From an uncultured Acidobacteriota bacterium (lineage in GTDB: Bacteria; Acidobacteriota; Thermoanaerobaculia; Multivoradales; UBA5704): a stretch of 64,000 nt of DNA. Every line of letters starts with the position of its first letter. Positions within the stretch are counted from its first letter, which is position 1. Below are positions 46,312 through 53,718 of this stretch, one piece after another. The position numbers were made by a program, and so were the translations under genes. The notes below the pieces were generated by a model that ran no database searches, was not told where the DNA came from, and saw nothing but the letters and a program-made list of their open reading frames with translations. Location: positions 4,320,001-4,384,000 of the forward strand of contig CAVYRF010000002.1 of assembly GCA_963770895.1 (NCBI GenBank). Reading direction: 5' to 3'.

Positions 46312-47612
46312 CCGGCACGCCGGTGAGCGCGCCCGCCACGCCTGCCGGCAGTGCAGGCGGCGCAGGCAGCGCGGGCGCCGCCGGCGCCGACGCCGGGCTG
46401 GCGGCGGCCGCCAGGGCTCTGGCCGAGGGCTGCGGCACCGGCGCCGCCGACTTGGTAGATTGCGCGTCGCCCCGCGAATGGGTCGAAAGCCTGGCCACCA
46501 CGTTGCCGGCCGTCGCGGCGGCCGCCGTCATCGAGCACCTGTTCGGCGTCCTGCCCCTGGTCGCGGGCTTCTTCGCCCCGGCGCCCTGGTGCGCCGACGT
46601 CGCCGCCGGGCGCAGCCTTGCCGCGCTCGGCCTCTTCACCCCCGATCCCGAGCTGCGCTGGGGCGCCGTCGCCGGCCAGGCCGCGGCCACAGCCGCGGCT
46701 GGCGATCAGGCCGCGGCGGAGCCCGCGGCGGACGGTAGGGCTGCGGGAGAGCCCGCGGTGGGCGGTACGGCTGCGCCGGAGGCCGCGGCGGGCTACCGGC
46801 TGAGCGGCACGGTTCGCTTGGCAGGGTGCCCTGGGGGCGGCGTTCTGGTCCTGGTGCGGAGCGGAGAGGAGCACCGGCTGGCCTGGGTGGACGCCGGCGT
46901 GTCCGGCGTCGAGTGGCACGGCCAGGGACCTTGCCGCGCCGCCATGGCCGGGGCGGCGGTCGGCGCCGACTGCGTTTCGCGGCCGGTGACGGTCACGTCC
47001 GGCGGCGAGCTGTGGACGCACCTGGCGCGCTATGCGAGCCTTTGGGGCCTGGCGGCCTCGATCTGGGCGCGGCACGGTGTCCTCGCCCTGCGCCGGGCTG
47101 CCAGGGCGCCGCGGGCCGGCGAGCCGCGCTGGAGCGCCGCGCAGCTGGTGGCCACCGCTGTCACCGAGGTCGAGATCGAAGCCGAGCTTGCCGCCACGGC
47201 CCTGCGCATCCACTTTGCCACGGCCGCCGGCCAGGCCGCCCGCGGTGCCGGCGCCGATGGCGCCCATGGCTCCGATGGCGCCCATAGCTCCGATGGCGCC
47301 CATGGCCCTGATGGCCCCGATGGCGCCGATGACGCCGACCTTGCCATTGCAGTCGGCGCCGCCCGCGCGCTGGCGGCGGTCGCGGCGTGCACGGTCGAGT
47401 TGCGCGACCGCCTGGGGCTCGCCGTCGAAGGGCCTCTGGCCGACGGCCTGCCGGGGCCGCTCGCCGCTTCCCTGGGCGGGGTGCTGATGCTCGAAAGCGA
47501 GCTCGCCGCGCAGCTCGACCGGCTGGTGGTGGGCGACGTCGCGGCGGTCATGGCGACCGCGGTGACCGCGGTGACCGCGGCGCCGGCGGCGCCGGAGGAT
47601 GCCGGGCGATGA
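46308..47612 (+). CDS. Highly divergent acyl-CoA dehydrogenase-like protein (possibly a non-catalytic partner subunit)
   Basis: YRLSGTVRLA beta-domain-like segment and ACAD-like helical C-terminus (QLVATAVTEVEIEAELA; SLGG); Ala/Gly-rich insertions; GTGA and ATGA overlaps at the two ends. Confidence 0.55.
   Translation: MTGTPVSAPATPAGSAGGAGSAGAAGADAGLAAAARALAEGCGTGAADLVDCASPREWVESLATTLPAVAAAAVIEHLFGVLPLVAGFFAPAPWCADVAAGRSLAALGLFTPDPELRWGAVAGQAAATAAAGDQAAAEPAADGRAAGEPAVGGTAAPEAAAGYRLSGTVRLAGCPGGGVLVLVRSGEEHRLAWVDAGVSGVEWHGQGPCRAAMAGAAVGADCVSRPVTVTSGGELWTHLARYASLWGLAASIWARHGVLALRRAARAPRAGEPRWSAAQLVATAVTEVEIEAELAATALRIHFATAAGQAARGAGADGAHGSDGAHSSDGAHGPDGPDGADDADLAIAVGAARALAAVAACTVELRDRLGLAVEGPLADGLPGPLAASLGGVLMLESELAAQLDRLVVGDVAAVMATAVTAVTAAPAAPEDAGR
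47253..47339 (+). repeat. 9/18-bp tandem repeat encoding (DGAHGS/DGP)n
   Basis: GCCGATGGC GCCCATGGC TCCGATGGC GCCCATAGC TCCGATGGC... Confidence 0.75.
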
Positions 47613-48325
47613 ACATCGCCCTTGTCGGCTACGGCCGGATGGGGCAGGTTGTCGAGGAGGTGGCGGCGACGCAGGGGGTGGGGTGCGTCGCGCACTTCGA
47701 CCGCAGCCGCCCCTTGGCGGCCGACGGCTCCGCCCGCCAGGCTCTGCAGGACGTCGCGGTGCTGATCGACTTTTCCGTGCCGGACGCGGTCGCCGGCACG
47801 GTGCGCGCGGCGGGCGAGCTGGGCATCCCCTTGGTGATCGGCACGACCGGCTGGCACGCCCAGCTGGACGACGTCCGCGCCGCCGTTCTGGCCTCGCGTG
47901 CCGGGGTCGTGCACGGCGCCAACTTTTCGCTCGGCGTCAACGTCTTCTACCGGCTCGCCGAGCAGGCCGCCCGGCTGCTGGCAGGCTTCGACGGCTACGA
48001 CCCGTTCATTCAGGATTGGCACCCGCGCACCAAGCGCGACGCTCCGTCGGGCACGGCGCTGGAAGTCCAGCGGCGGATGGCGCGCCACCTGGGCCAACGG
48101 GAGGTGCCCATCACCTGCACCCGCTCCGGTTACGTCCCTTCGGAGCACAGGGTCGGTTTCGACTCGGAGGCCGACACCCTCGTCATCGAGCACCGGGCGC
48201 GCAACCGGCGAGGCCTGGCCGCCGGAGCGCTGCTCGCCGCGCGGTGGATCGCCGGCCGGTCCGGCTTCTACGACTTCCAGGACGTCATGGCCGACGTCCT
48301 GCCGGGGGACGGCACGCCGGGCTGA
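47609..48325 (+). CDS. dapB: 4-hydroxy-tetrahydrodipicolinate reductase homolog (divergent, inside the cluster)
   Basis: MNIALVGYGRMG, LIDFS, VIGTTG, ANFSLGVN, HPRTKRDAPSGTA and EHRARNRRGLAAGA. Confidence 0.85.
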   Translation: MNIALVGYGRMGQVVEEVAATQGVGCVAHFDRSRPLAADGSARQALQDVAVLIDFSVPDAVAGTVRAAGELGIPLVIGTTGWHAQLDDVRAAVLASRAGVVHGANFSLGVNVFYRLAEQAARLLAGFDGYDPFIQDWHPRTKRDAPSGTALEVQRRMARHLGQREVPITCTRSGYVPSEHRVGFDSEADTLVIEHRARNRRGLAAGALLAARWIAGRSGFYDFQDVMADVLPGDGTPG

Positions 48326-48350
48326 GGCCCACGGCGTCCCTGCGCTCGCC

Positions 48351-48734
48351 ATGCCGCTTGAAACCCTCTGCGCCGGGCTCGACGCCGCAGCGACCCGCAC
48401 GGTGACGCTGGACATGAGCCCGCCGCACGTGCGGGGGATCCTTGCGACCTCGCGGTTGATCGGTCTGTGTGAGGACACCTGTCTGGAGCTGCTCGATCGC
48501 CACCTTTGCGCCGGCGAAACTTCGCTCGGCACCCGCGTCGACTTTCAGCACATCGGCGTCGCCTGGGCCGGCGACGAGATCAGCATCCGCGTCCACCTGA
48601 CGCGCGTCACCCAGAAGCGCCTGCTCACCTTCGCGGTCGAGGTGGAGGCTCCCGGAGGCCTGGTCAGCACCGGCACCCATCAGCGCCTGATCGTCGATCG
48701 CGCGCGCTTCGCCCGCTCCGCCGCCCCCGCTTGA
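48351..48734 (+). CDS. Hotdog-fold thioesterase, FlK (fluoroacetyl-CoA thioesterase) family
   Basis: ILATSRLIGLCEDTC, TSLGTRVDFQH and GTHQRLIVDRARF; Thr-Glu-His triad positions are retained. Confidence 0.8.
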   Translation: MPLETLCAGLDAAATRTVTLDMSPPHVRGILATSRLIGLCEDTCLELLDRHLCAGETSLGTRVDFQHIGVAWAGDEISIRVHLTRVTQKRLLTFAVEVEAPGGLVSTGTHQRLIVDRARFARSAAPA

Positions 48735-48831
48735 CCGGCGCCTGGAGTCGGCGCGCCTGTGGGCCCCGGGGCCGGGGCGCGCGTCGGGCCGGCCGGGCGG
48801 CGGCAATCGCCGCGTGATACGTATACAGCGC

Positions 48832-51255
48832 ATGCGTTCACGCTGGCTCGCCGCGAGCCTGCCCGCCGCTCTCCTGCTGGTCTTCGCCTGGCGCGGTGTG
48901 CTCGCCATGCACGCGGACGGCGCCACCGTCGACGAAGCGTCGCACCTGGGCTACGGCGAGCGCGCGCTGTCGGAGGGGACGTTCCTGCGCACGCGCGAGC
49001 TCAATTCCAAGATGCCGGTGTCGGCGCTCAACGCCATGCCGGTCGTGATCGCGCGGCATTGGCGGCCGGGGCTGGCATGGCCGGCGGCGCTGTTCGTGGC
49101 CCGTCTGCCGTCGCTGCTGCTCGGCGTGCTGCTGGGCTGGTTGATCTGGCTGTGGGCGCGGGCTCTGTTTGGCTGCTGGAGCGGCATCCTGGCCCTCTTC
49201 CTGTACAGCTTCTGTCCCAACGTGCTGGCGCACACCCATCTGGTGACGACCGATATCTCGACGGCCCTGGCGATGTTCGCCGCCGTGTTCTTCCTGTGGC
49301 GCTACCGGCAGCGGCCCGGTCGCGGGCGGTTGTGGGCCGCCGCCGCGGTGTTCGGGGCGGCGCAGCTGACCAAGGCGACGGCGCTGCTGCTGGCGCCGCT
49401 GTTCGGCGCGATCCTGTTGGTCGGCGCGCTGCGCCAGGTGATGCTGCAGGAGGGCGCGGCGGCGGGCGCCGGACCGGCGGGCGGCGGGGCAGCGGAGGAC
49501 GGGGCAGCGGAGGACGGAGCCGCAGACGGCGGGGCAGCGGATGGCGGAGCGGTAGACGGCGGGGCAGCGGAGGACGGGGCGGTAGACGGCGGGGCAGCGG
49601 AGGACGGGGCCGCAGACGGCGGGGCAGCGGAGGACGGGGCAGCAGACGGCGGGGCAGCGGATGGCGGAGCGGTAGACGGCGGGAGGACGGGGCGCAGGGG
49701 CGCCGGCGGCGCGCGCGTGGGGGAGCGGGCGCGCCGGCTGGGTGCCGAGCTGTGGCGGAGCGCGCCGCTGGCGGCTGCCTGCGCGGTCGCCGCGGTGGTG
49801 GCGCTCAACCTGGGGTTTGCCGGCGAAGGCACGTTCACTCCGCTGCGCCGGTATGCCTTCATCAGCGACAGCTTCCAGTCGCTCGCCAGGGTGCCGGTGG
49901 TGCGCGACCTGCCGCTGCCGCTCCCCTACGCCTACGTCCAGGGGCTGGACATGGTGGCCTACGATTCGCGGGCGCCGGGCTGGAGCTACCTCCATGGGCA
50001 GTACAGCCAGCACGGCTTCGCCGCGTACTTTCTGCTGGCGCTGCTGGTCAAGGTGCCGCTCGGCACGCAGCTGCTGGCGGCGCTGGCGCTGGGGCTGTGC
50101 CTGGCGGGGCGGGCGCGCGCGCCGGGCGGCGAGGAGTTTCTGGCCGTTCCGGTGTTGCTGCTGCTGGCCTACTTCACCCTGGCGTTCAAGCTGGATATCG
50201 GCGTGCGCTACGTGCTGCCGGTGCTGCCGTTCCTGTTCGTCTTCAGCTCCCGCGTCGCAGCCAGGCCGCGGGGACGGGCGGGCGCGCCGGCTGGCGCGGA
50301 TGCAGCGGCGCAGTTTGCCGAGGGGGTCAACGCGCTCCGCCGGGCGGCGGCGCCGCGCTGGCTGGCGCCGGCGGCGGGCGCGCTGGCGCTGTGGGTGGCC
50401 CTTGCGTCCTGGTCGGTCCATCCGCACTACCTGGTCTATTTCAACGAGCTGGCGGGGGGCCCGGACAACGGCTGGCGCTGGCTGATCGATTCCAACCAGG
50501 ATTGGGGCCAGGACAGCGAGCGCGTGCGCCAGGTCTACGTCCCAAGCAGCCCGGTGCACGTGTTCGTCGACCCTGGCGGGCCGCTCGTCGGGCGCATCGC
50601 CGTCGGGATTTCCAACCTTGTCGGGCGCGACCCTGCGGCCGCGGCGCGCATGGCCTGGCTGCGCGACAACTTCAAGCCGATCGCGGTGATCGGCGGCTCC
50701 TGGAAGGTCTTCGACGTGCACGAAGACGACCTGGCGCGCTGCTGCGCCGGACTGCCGCGCGTCCAGGTGATCGACGACCTGGCGAGCGACCTGGCGCCGG
50801 GCGGCCAAGTGGTCGGCGGCGGCGACGGGGTGAACGTGCGCTACCTGGAGCAGCTGAACGACGGCCTGCTCGGCGTCGGCGCGCCGCTGGACGCGGTGCG
50901 CACGGCGCCGGTGCAACCGCACCCGGTGCGTGCCTGGTTCGGCGTCGTCTGGCCGGGAGACCGCATCGTCGCGCGCGTCGTGGCCTATCCGGGGTTTTCC
51001 ATCCGCGAACCCGCAGCCCGCCGCTTTCTGGCCCTCGACTACGTATTCCAGCTGTGGGACGGAGCCGCGTGGCACGACCTTCCCGGCACCCGTCAGCACG
51101 ACAACCAGCAGCTTCGCCTGGAGCACCGCTTTGCACCTCGCGCCATGCGCGGCATCCGCCTGGTGATCGAACGCGAGCGCAACGACCAGGGCACCCTGGA
51201 ACCGGGCGGCGGCTACCGCGCCGCCTGCCTGGAGCTGGCCGCCTACCCGCAGTAG
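48832..51255 (+). CDS. ArnT/PMT (GT39/GT83-like) membrane glycosyltransferase with a C-terminal discoidin-like domain
   Basis: ATVDEASHL, multiple TM helices, PNVLAHTHLVTTD, IGVRYVLP, YFNELAGG and DSNQDWGQD; alternative GTG start at 48814. Confidence 0.8.
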   Translation: MRSRWLAASLPAALLLVFAWRGVLAMHADGATVDEASHLGYGERALSEGTFLRTRELNSKMPVSALNAMPVVIARHWRPGLAWPAALFVARLPSLLLGVLLGWLIWLWARALFGCWSGILALFLYSFCPNVLAHTHLVTTDISTALAMFAAVFFLWRYRQRPGRGRLWAAAAVFGAAQLTKATALLLAPLFGAILLVGALRQVMLQEGAAAGAGPAGGGAAEDGAAEDGAADGGAADGGAVDGGAAEDGAVDGGAAEDGAADGGAAEDGAADGGAADGGAVDGGRTGRRGAGGARVGERARRLGAELWRSAPLAAACAVAAVVALNLGFAGEGTFTPLRRYAFISDSFQSLARVPVVRDLPLPLPYAYVQGLDMVAYDSRAPGWSYLHGQYSQHGFAAYFLLALLVKVPLGTQLLAALALGLCLAGRARAPGGEEFLAVPVLLLLAYFTLAFKLDIGVRYVLPVLPFLFVFSSRVAARPRGRAGAPAGADAAAQFAEGVNALRRAAAPRWLAPAAGALALWVALASWSVHPHYLVYFNELAGGPDNGWRWLIDSNQDWGQDSERVRQVYVPSSPVHVFVDPGGPLVGRIAVGISNLVGRDPAAAARMAWLRDNFKPIAVIGGSWKVFDVHEDDLARCCAGLPRVQVIDDLASDLAPGGQVVGGGDGVNVRYLEQLNDGLLGVGAPLDAVRTAPVQPHPVRAWFGVVWPGDRIVARVVAYPGFSIREPAARRFLALDYVFQLWDGAAWHDLPGTRQHDNQQLRLEHRFAPRAMRGIRLVIERERNDQGTLEPGGGYRAACLELAAYPQ
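49483..49677 (+). repeat. 13 x 15-bp tandem repeat encoding (G/D)GA(A/V)(E/D)
   Basis: GGCGGGGCAGCGGAG / GACGGGGCAGCGGAG units, in frame within the glycosyltransferase. Confidence 0.9.
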
Positions 51256-51342
51256 CCTCAGGGTGGGCGGTGTTGGCGCCGCTCTGGCTGGCGCCGCCAA
51301 CACCTCGTGGGTTTGGGTTTGCTGCCGTGGCCGGTGCTTCTG

Positions 51343-52272
51343 CTACTGCGCCTGTTGCACCTGCTGCGCCGCCTGCACCTGCTGCGTCTGCTGCGCCGCC
51401 TGCGCCTGCTCTGCCGCCTGCCAATGTGCGCGCAGCTCCTGGTTGAGCTCCACCCAGCGCTCTTCGGGAAAGAACACTCTGGCGCCGTCAAGCTCGACGC
51501 GGCGCCGGGTGCCGGGGATGGCGTCGGCGAGCCAGTGCGACCATTTCAGGTCGAAGTACACGTCGTCCGTGCCCCAGACGATCAGCGTCGGCGCCTGCAG
51601 CGTCCTGAGCCGCGCTTCGATGGCGAGGGTGTGCTGGTTGTCGAAAGCTGCCAGGAAGCGTTGCAGGTCGCGCGTGCGCTGCTCGGTGTCGACCAGCGGA
51701 CGCAGGTAGGTTTCGATGCTGTCGTCGCTCAACCGTTCCGGGTGCTCGTACGCCGGTCCGAGCGCCTGCGGCGATCGATAGACGGTCTTGTCCGCCAACA
51801 TCGCCTCCAGCGTGCCGCGCAGGCCGCCCGCGGCAGCCATCGTCAGAAAGGGCTTGAACGCCTCGGGCGGCCAGTTGTCGTGGGTGTCGCAGTCGGTGAG
51901 CGTCAGGCTGCGGACGCGCTCCGGATAGGACGCGGCGAAGATCTGGGCGATACCGCCGCCGCTGTCGTTGCCAACCAGGTCCACCTGGTCGATCTGCAAG
52001 GCATCCAGAAACTCCCGGAGCATCCGCGCATTGGCCGTCACCGACACGTCCTGGTCCGGCGCGATCTCGGTACGCCCATGCGCCAGCAGGTCCACGGCGA
52101 TGCAGCGCCGGACGTCCGACACGTCCGCCAGCTGGTGACGCCACAGGTGCCCGTTGAGCAGCACGCCGTGCACGAACAGTGCAACCGGTCCGCTGCCTTG
52201 CTCCACGTAGCCGATCCTGCCCGACGCGGTGTGCACGCTGCGGCGAGCCGGCAAAGAATTGTTTGCGTTCAT
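51343..52272 (-). CDS. Alpha/beta hydrolase (haloalkane dehalogenase/epoxide hydrolase-like)
   Basis: LFVHG, VDLLAHG, nucleophile elbow VGNDSGG (Asp), IVWGTDD; Gln/Ala tandem-repeat tail. Confidence 0.88.
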   Translation of the reverse strand: MNANNSLPARRSVHTASGRIGYVEQGSGPVALFVHGVLLNGHLWRHQLADVSDVRRCIAVDLLAHGRTEIAPDQDVSVTANARMLREFLDALQIDQVDLVGNDSGGGIAQIFAASYPERVRSLTLTDCDTHDNWPPEAFKPFLTMAAAGGLRGTLEAMLADKTVYRSPQALGPAYEHPERLSDDSIETYLRPLVDTEQRTRDLQRFLAAFDNQHTLAIEARLRTLQAPTLIVWGTDDVYFDLKWSHWLADAIPGTRRRVELDGARVFFPEERWVELNQELRAHWQAAEQAQAAQQTQQVQAAQQVQQAQ

Positions 52273-52433
52273 GAATCAGCCCTTCCTGTCGCCGTCGCGG
52301 CAACGTGCGCTTCCTGCAGCCGCTGTGCGCATTCCTCACAGCACACCTCGACCGTATTGCCGCCGATCCTGACCTTGATGGGATTGCCATCCAGCTCGCA
52401 GTCGCAAGCCGCACACGTTCTCGTCTCGACCAT
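52269..52433 (-). CDS. 54-aa Cys-rich small protein (TRASH/YHS-like CxxC...CCxxC), not in the ORF track
   Basis: MVETRTCAACDCELDGNPIKVRIGGNTVEVCCEECAQRLQEAHVAATATGRADS; AGGAG RBS; stop overlaps the hydrolase ATG (ATGA). Confidence 0.8.
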   Translation of the reverse strand: MVETRTCAACDCELDGNPIKVRIGGNTVEVCCEECAQRLQEAHVAATATGRADS

Positions 52434-52526
52434 GACCTTGCTCTCCTGGTAAACCCGGCGTCCGGGTAGGAGCAGTAGGCCACGCGGCGAGAGACCGCCG
52501 CTATCAGATTCTTTAGCGACCTGTCA

Positions 52527-52614
52527 GCTCAGGGTCCCTGCTCAGGCTCCCTGCTCAGGCTCTTTGCTCAGGCTCTTTTGCCCAGGCTCTTTTGCCCAGG
52601 CTCTTGGGCTCAGG
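52527..52614. repeat. Degenerate 13-14-bp direct tandem repeat (GCTCAGGCTCYYT) x6-7
   Basis: gctcagggtccct gctcaggctccct gctcaggctcttt gctcaggctctttt gcccaggctctttt gcccaggctctt. Confidence 0.8.
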
Positions 52615-52635
52615 ATCATTTGCCCTGCTCGGGGT

Positions 52636-53466
52636 CTAGCGATGCAGCGCTGCCTGCCGGAACTCCGAAGGCGAGCGGCCGTAAACCTTGCGGAAGGCGG
52701 CGCTGAAGTGGCTGTGACTGGAAAAGCCCAGGTCCAGGCTCAGGCTGGTGAGGTCGTCGACCTGCGCCAGAAGGTCGAGCGCCAGCGCCAGGCGGAGCCG
52801 CAGCTGATAGCGATACAGGGGCACGCCTTCCACCTGCTGGAAGATCTGGGTGAGATAGATCGGCGAGGTGCGCACCTCCGCGGCGATGTCGGCCAGCGTC
52901 CAGCGCCGCGCCAGGTCGCCGGTCAGCACCAGTTTGGCGCGGTCCACCAGCCGCTGGCAGCCGGCGCTGGCGCCCGCCGCGTGGGTGGTGCGCGGCCCTT
53001 GCGCCCGCTGCACCAGGGTCAACGCCAGGCTCTCCGCTTCCAGCGGTTCCGCCACGTTCTGGCGCAGGCTGTGCCGCAGCAGCGCCACCAGCGCCTGCGC
53101 GCGCGGGTCGATGCGCAGGCGCTGCTGCCTGAAAGCCAGCGCGGCGCCGTCGCGCAGCAGCGCCCGAGGCGCCAGCTCCCGCTGCAGAGCTTCGCTGATC
53201 GTCACCGTCAGGCAGGCGTCGCCGCCCGCCACGGGGTGGCTGACCCGGTACCCTTCGGCGGCGTTGAAAAACAGCACCTGGTTTGCTTCGGCGACGGCCT
53301 GGTCGCTCCCCAGGTGCCGCACGTAGACGCCGCGGTACGGAAACACCAGCTGCGTGGCCGTGGCGCACTCCTCCGCACCGTGGCCGCGGCAGCTGCCCCG
53401 GCAGCACACGTCCCGGATGGTGACCGTGGGAGTCGTCAGCAGGGTCTGAACGGCAAACTCAGACAT
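52636..53466 (-). CDS. AraC-family transcriptional regulator
   Basis: WTLADIAAEV..SPIYLTQIF and LGFSSHSHFSAAFRKVYGRSPSEFR HTH motifs; likely start MSEFAVQ at 53466. Confidence 0.92.
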   Translation of the reverse strand: MSEFAVQTLLTTPTVTIRDVCCRGSCRGHGAEECATATQLVFPYRGVYVRHLGSDQAVAEANQVLFFNAAEGYRVSHPVAGGDACLTVTISEALQRELAPRALLRDGAALAFRQQRLRIDPRAQALVALLRHSLRQNVAEPLEAESLALTLVQRAQGPRTTHAAGASAGCQRLVDRAKLVLTGDLARRWTLADIAAEVRTSPIYLTQIFQQVEGVPLYRYQLRLRLALALDLLAQVDDLTSLSLDLGFSSHSHFSAAFRKVYGRSPSEFRQAALHR

Positions 53467-53571
53467 GGCTTGTGGAGGAGGGCCTGGGCGCAACACCCGC
53501 AAAGCAACGCTCGCGCCCGGCGGGCTCAGTATCAGTATATGCGGTCGCGCCGGGCGCCCGGGAGATCTCGC

Positions 53572-53670
53572 CGCGGGGCCGTCGGGGTCGCCGGGGTCTT
53601 CGGGGCGGTCGGGGCAGTTGGGGTCTTCGGGGCAGTTGGGGTCTTCGGGGCCGTTGGGCCGTCGGGGTGG
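53572..53670. repeat. 9-bp period G-tract array (NNNGGGGNN) x~10 in a divergent intergenic region
   Basis: gtcggggtc gccggggtc ttcggggcg gtcggggca gttggggtc ttcggggca gttggggtc ttcggggcc. Confidence 0.8.
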
Positions 53671-53718
53671 CGGCCGCCGGTGACAGCCGGCGCTGGAAAG
53701 CGATAGCATCAGCGCTCA

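Noticed and set aside
36066-48350. Extended ORF-track starts (36066, 40931, 42023, 43498, 47387, 47898)
   Set aside because: They run deep into upstream genes in another frame; true starts were set at 36627, 41105, 43349, 44512, 47609 and 48351 from overlaps and motif onset.
51263-51709. Apparent metallothionein-like Cys-rich ORF (CCYCACCTCCAAC...)
   Set aside because: It is the antisense reading of the CAG/GCG repeat tail of the hydrolase gene.
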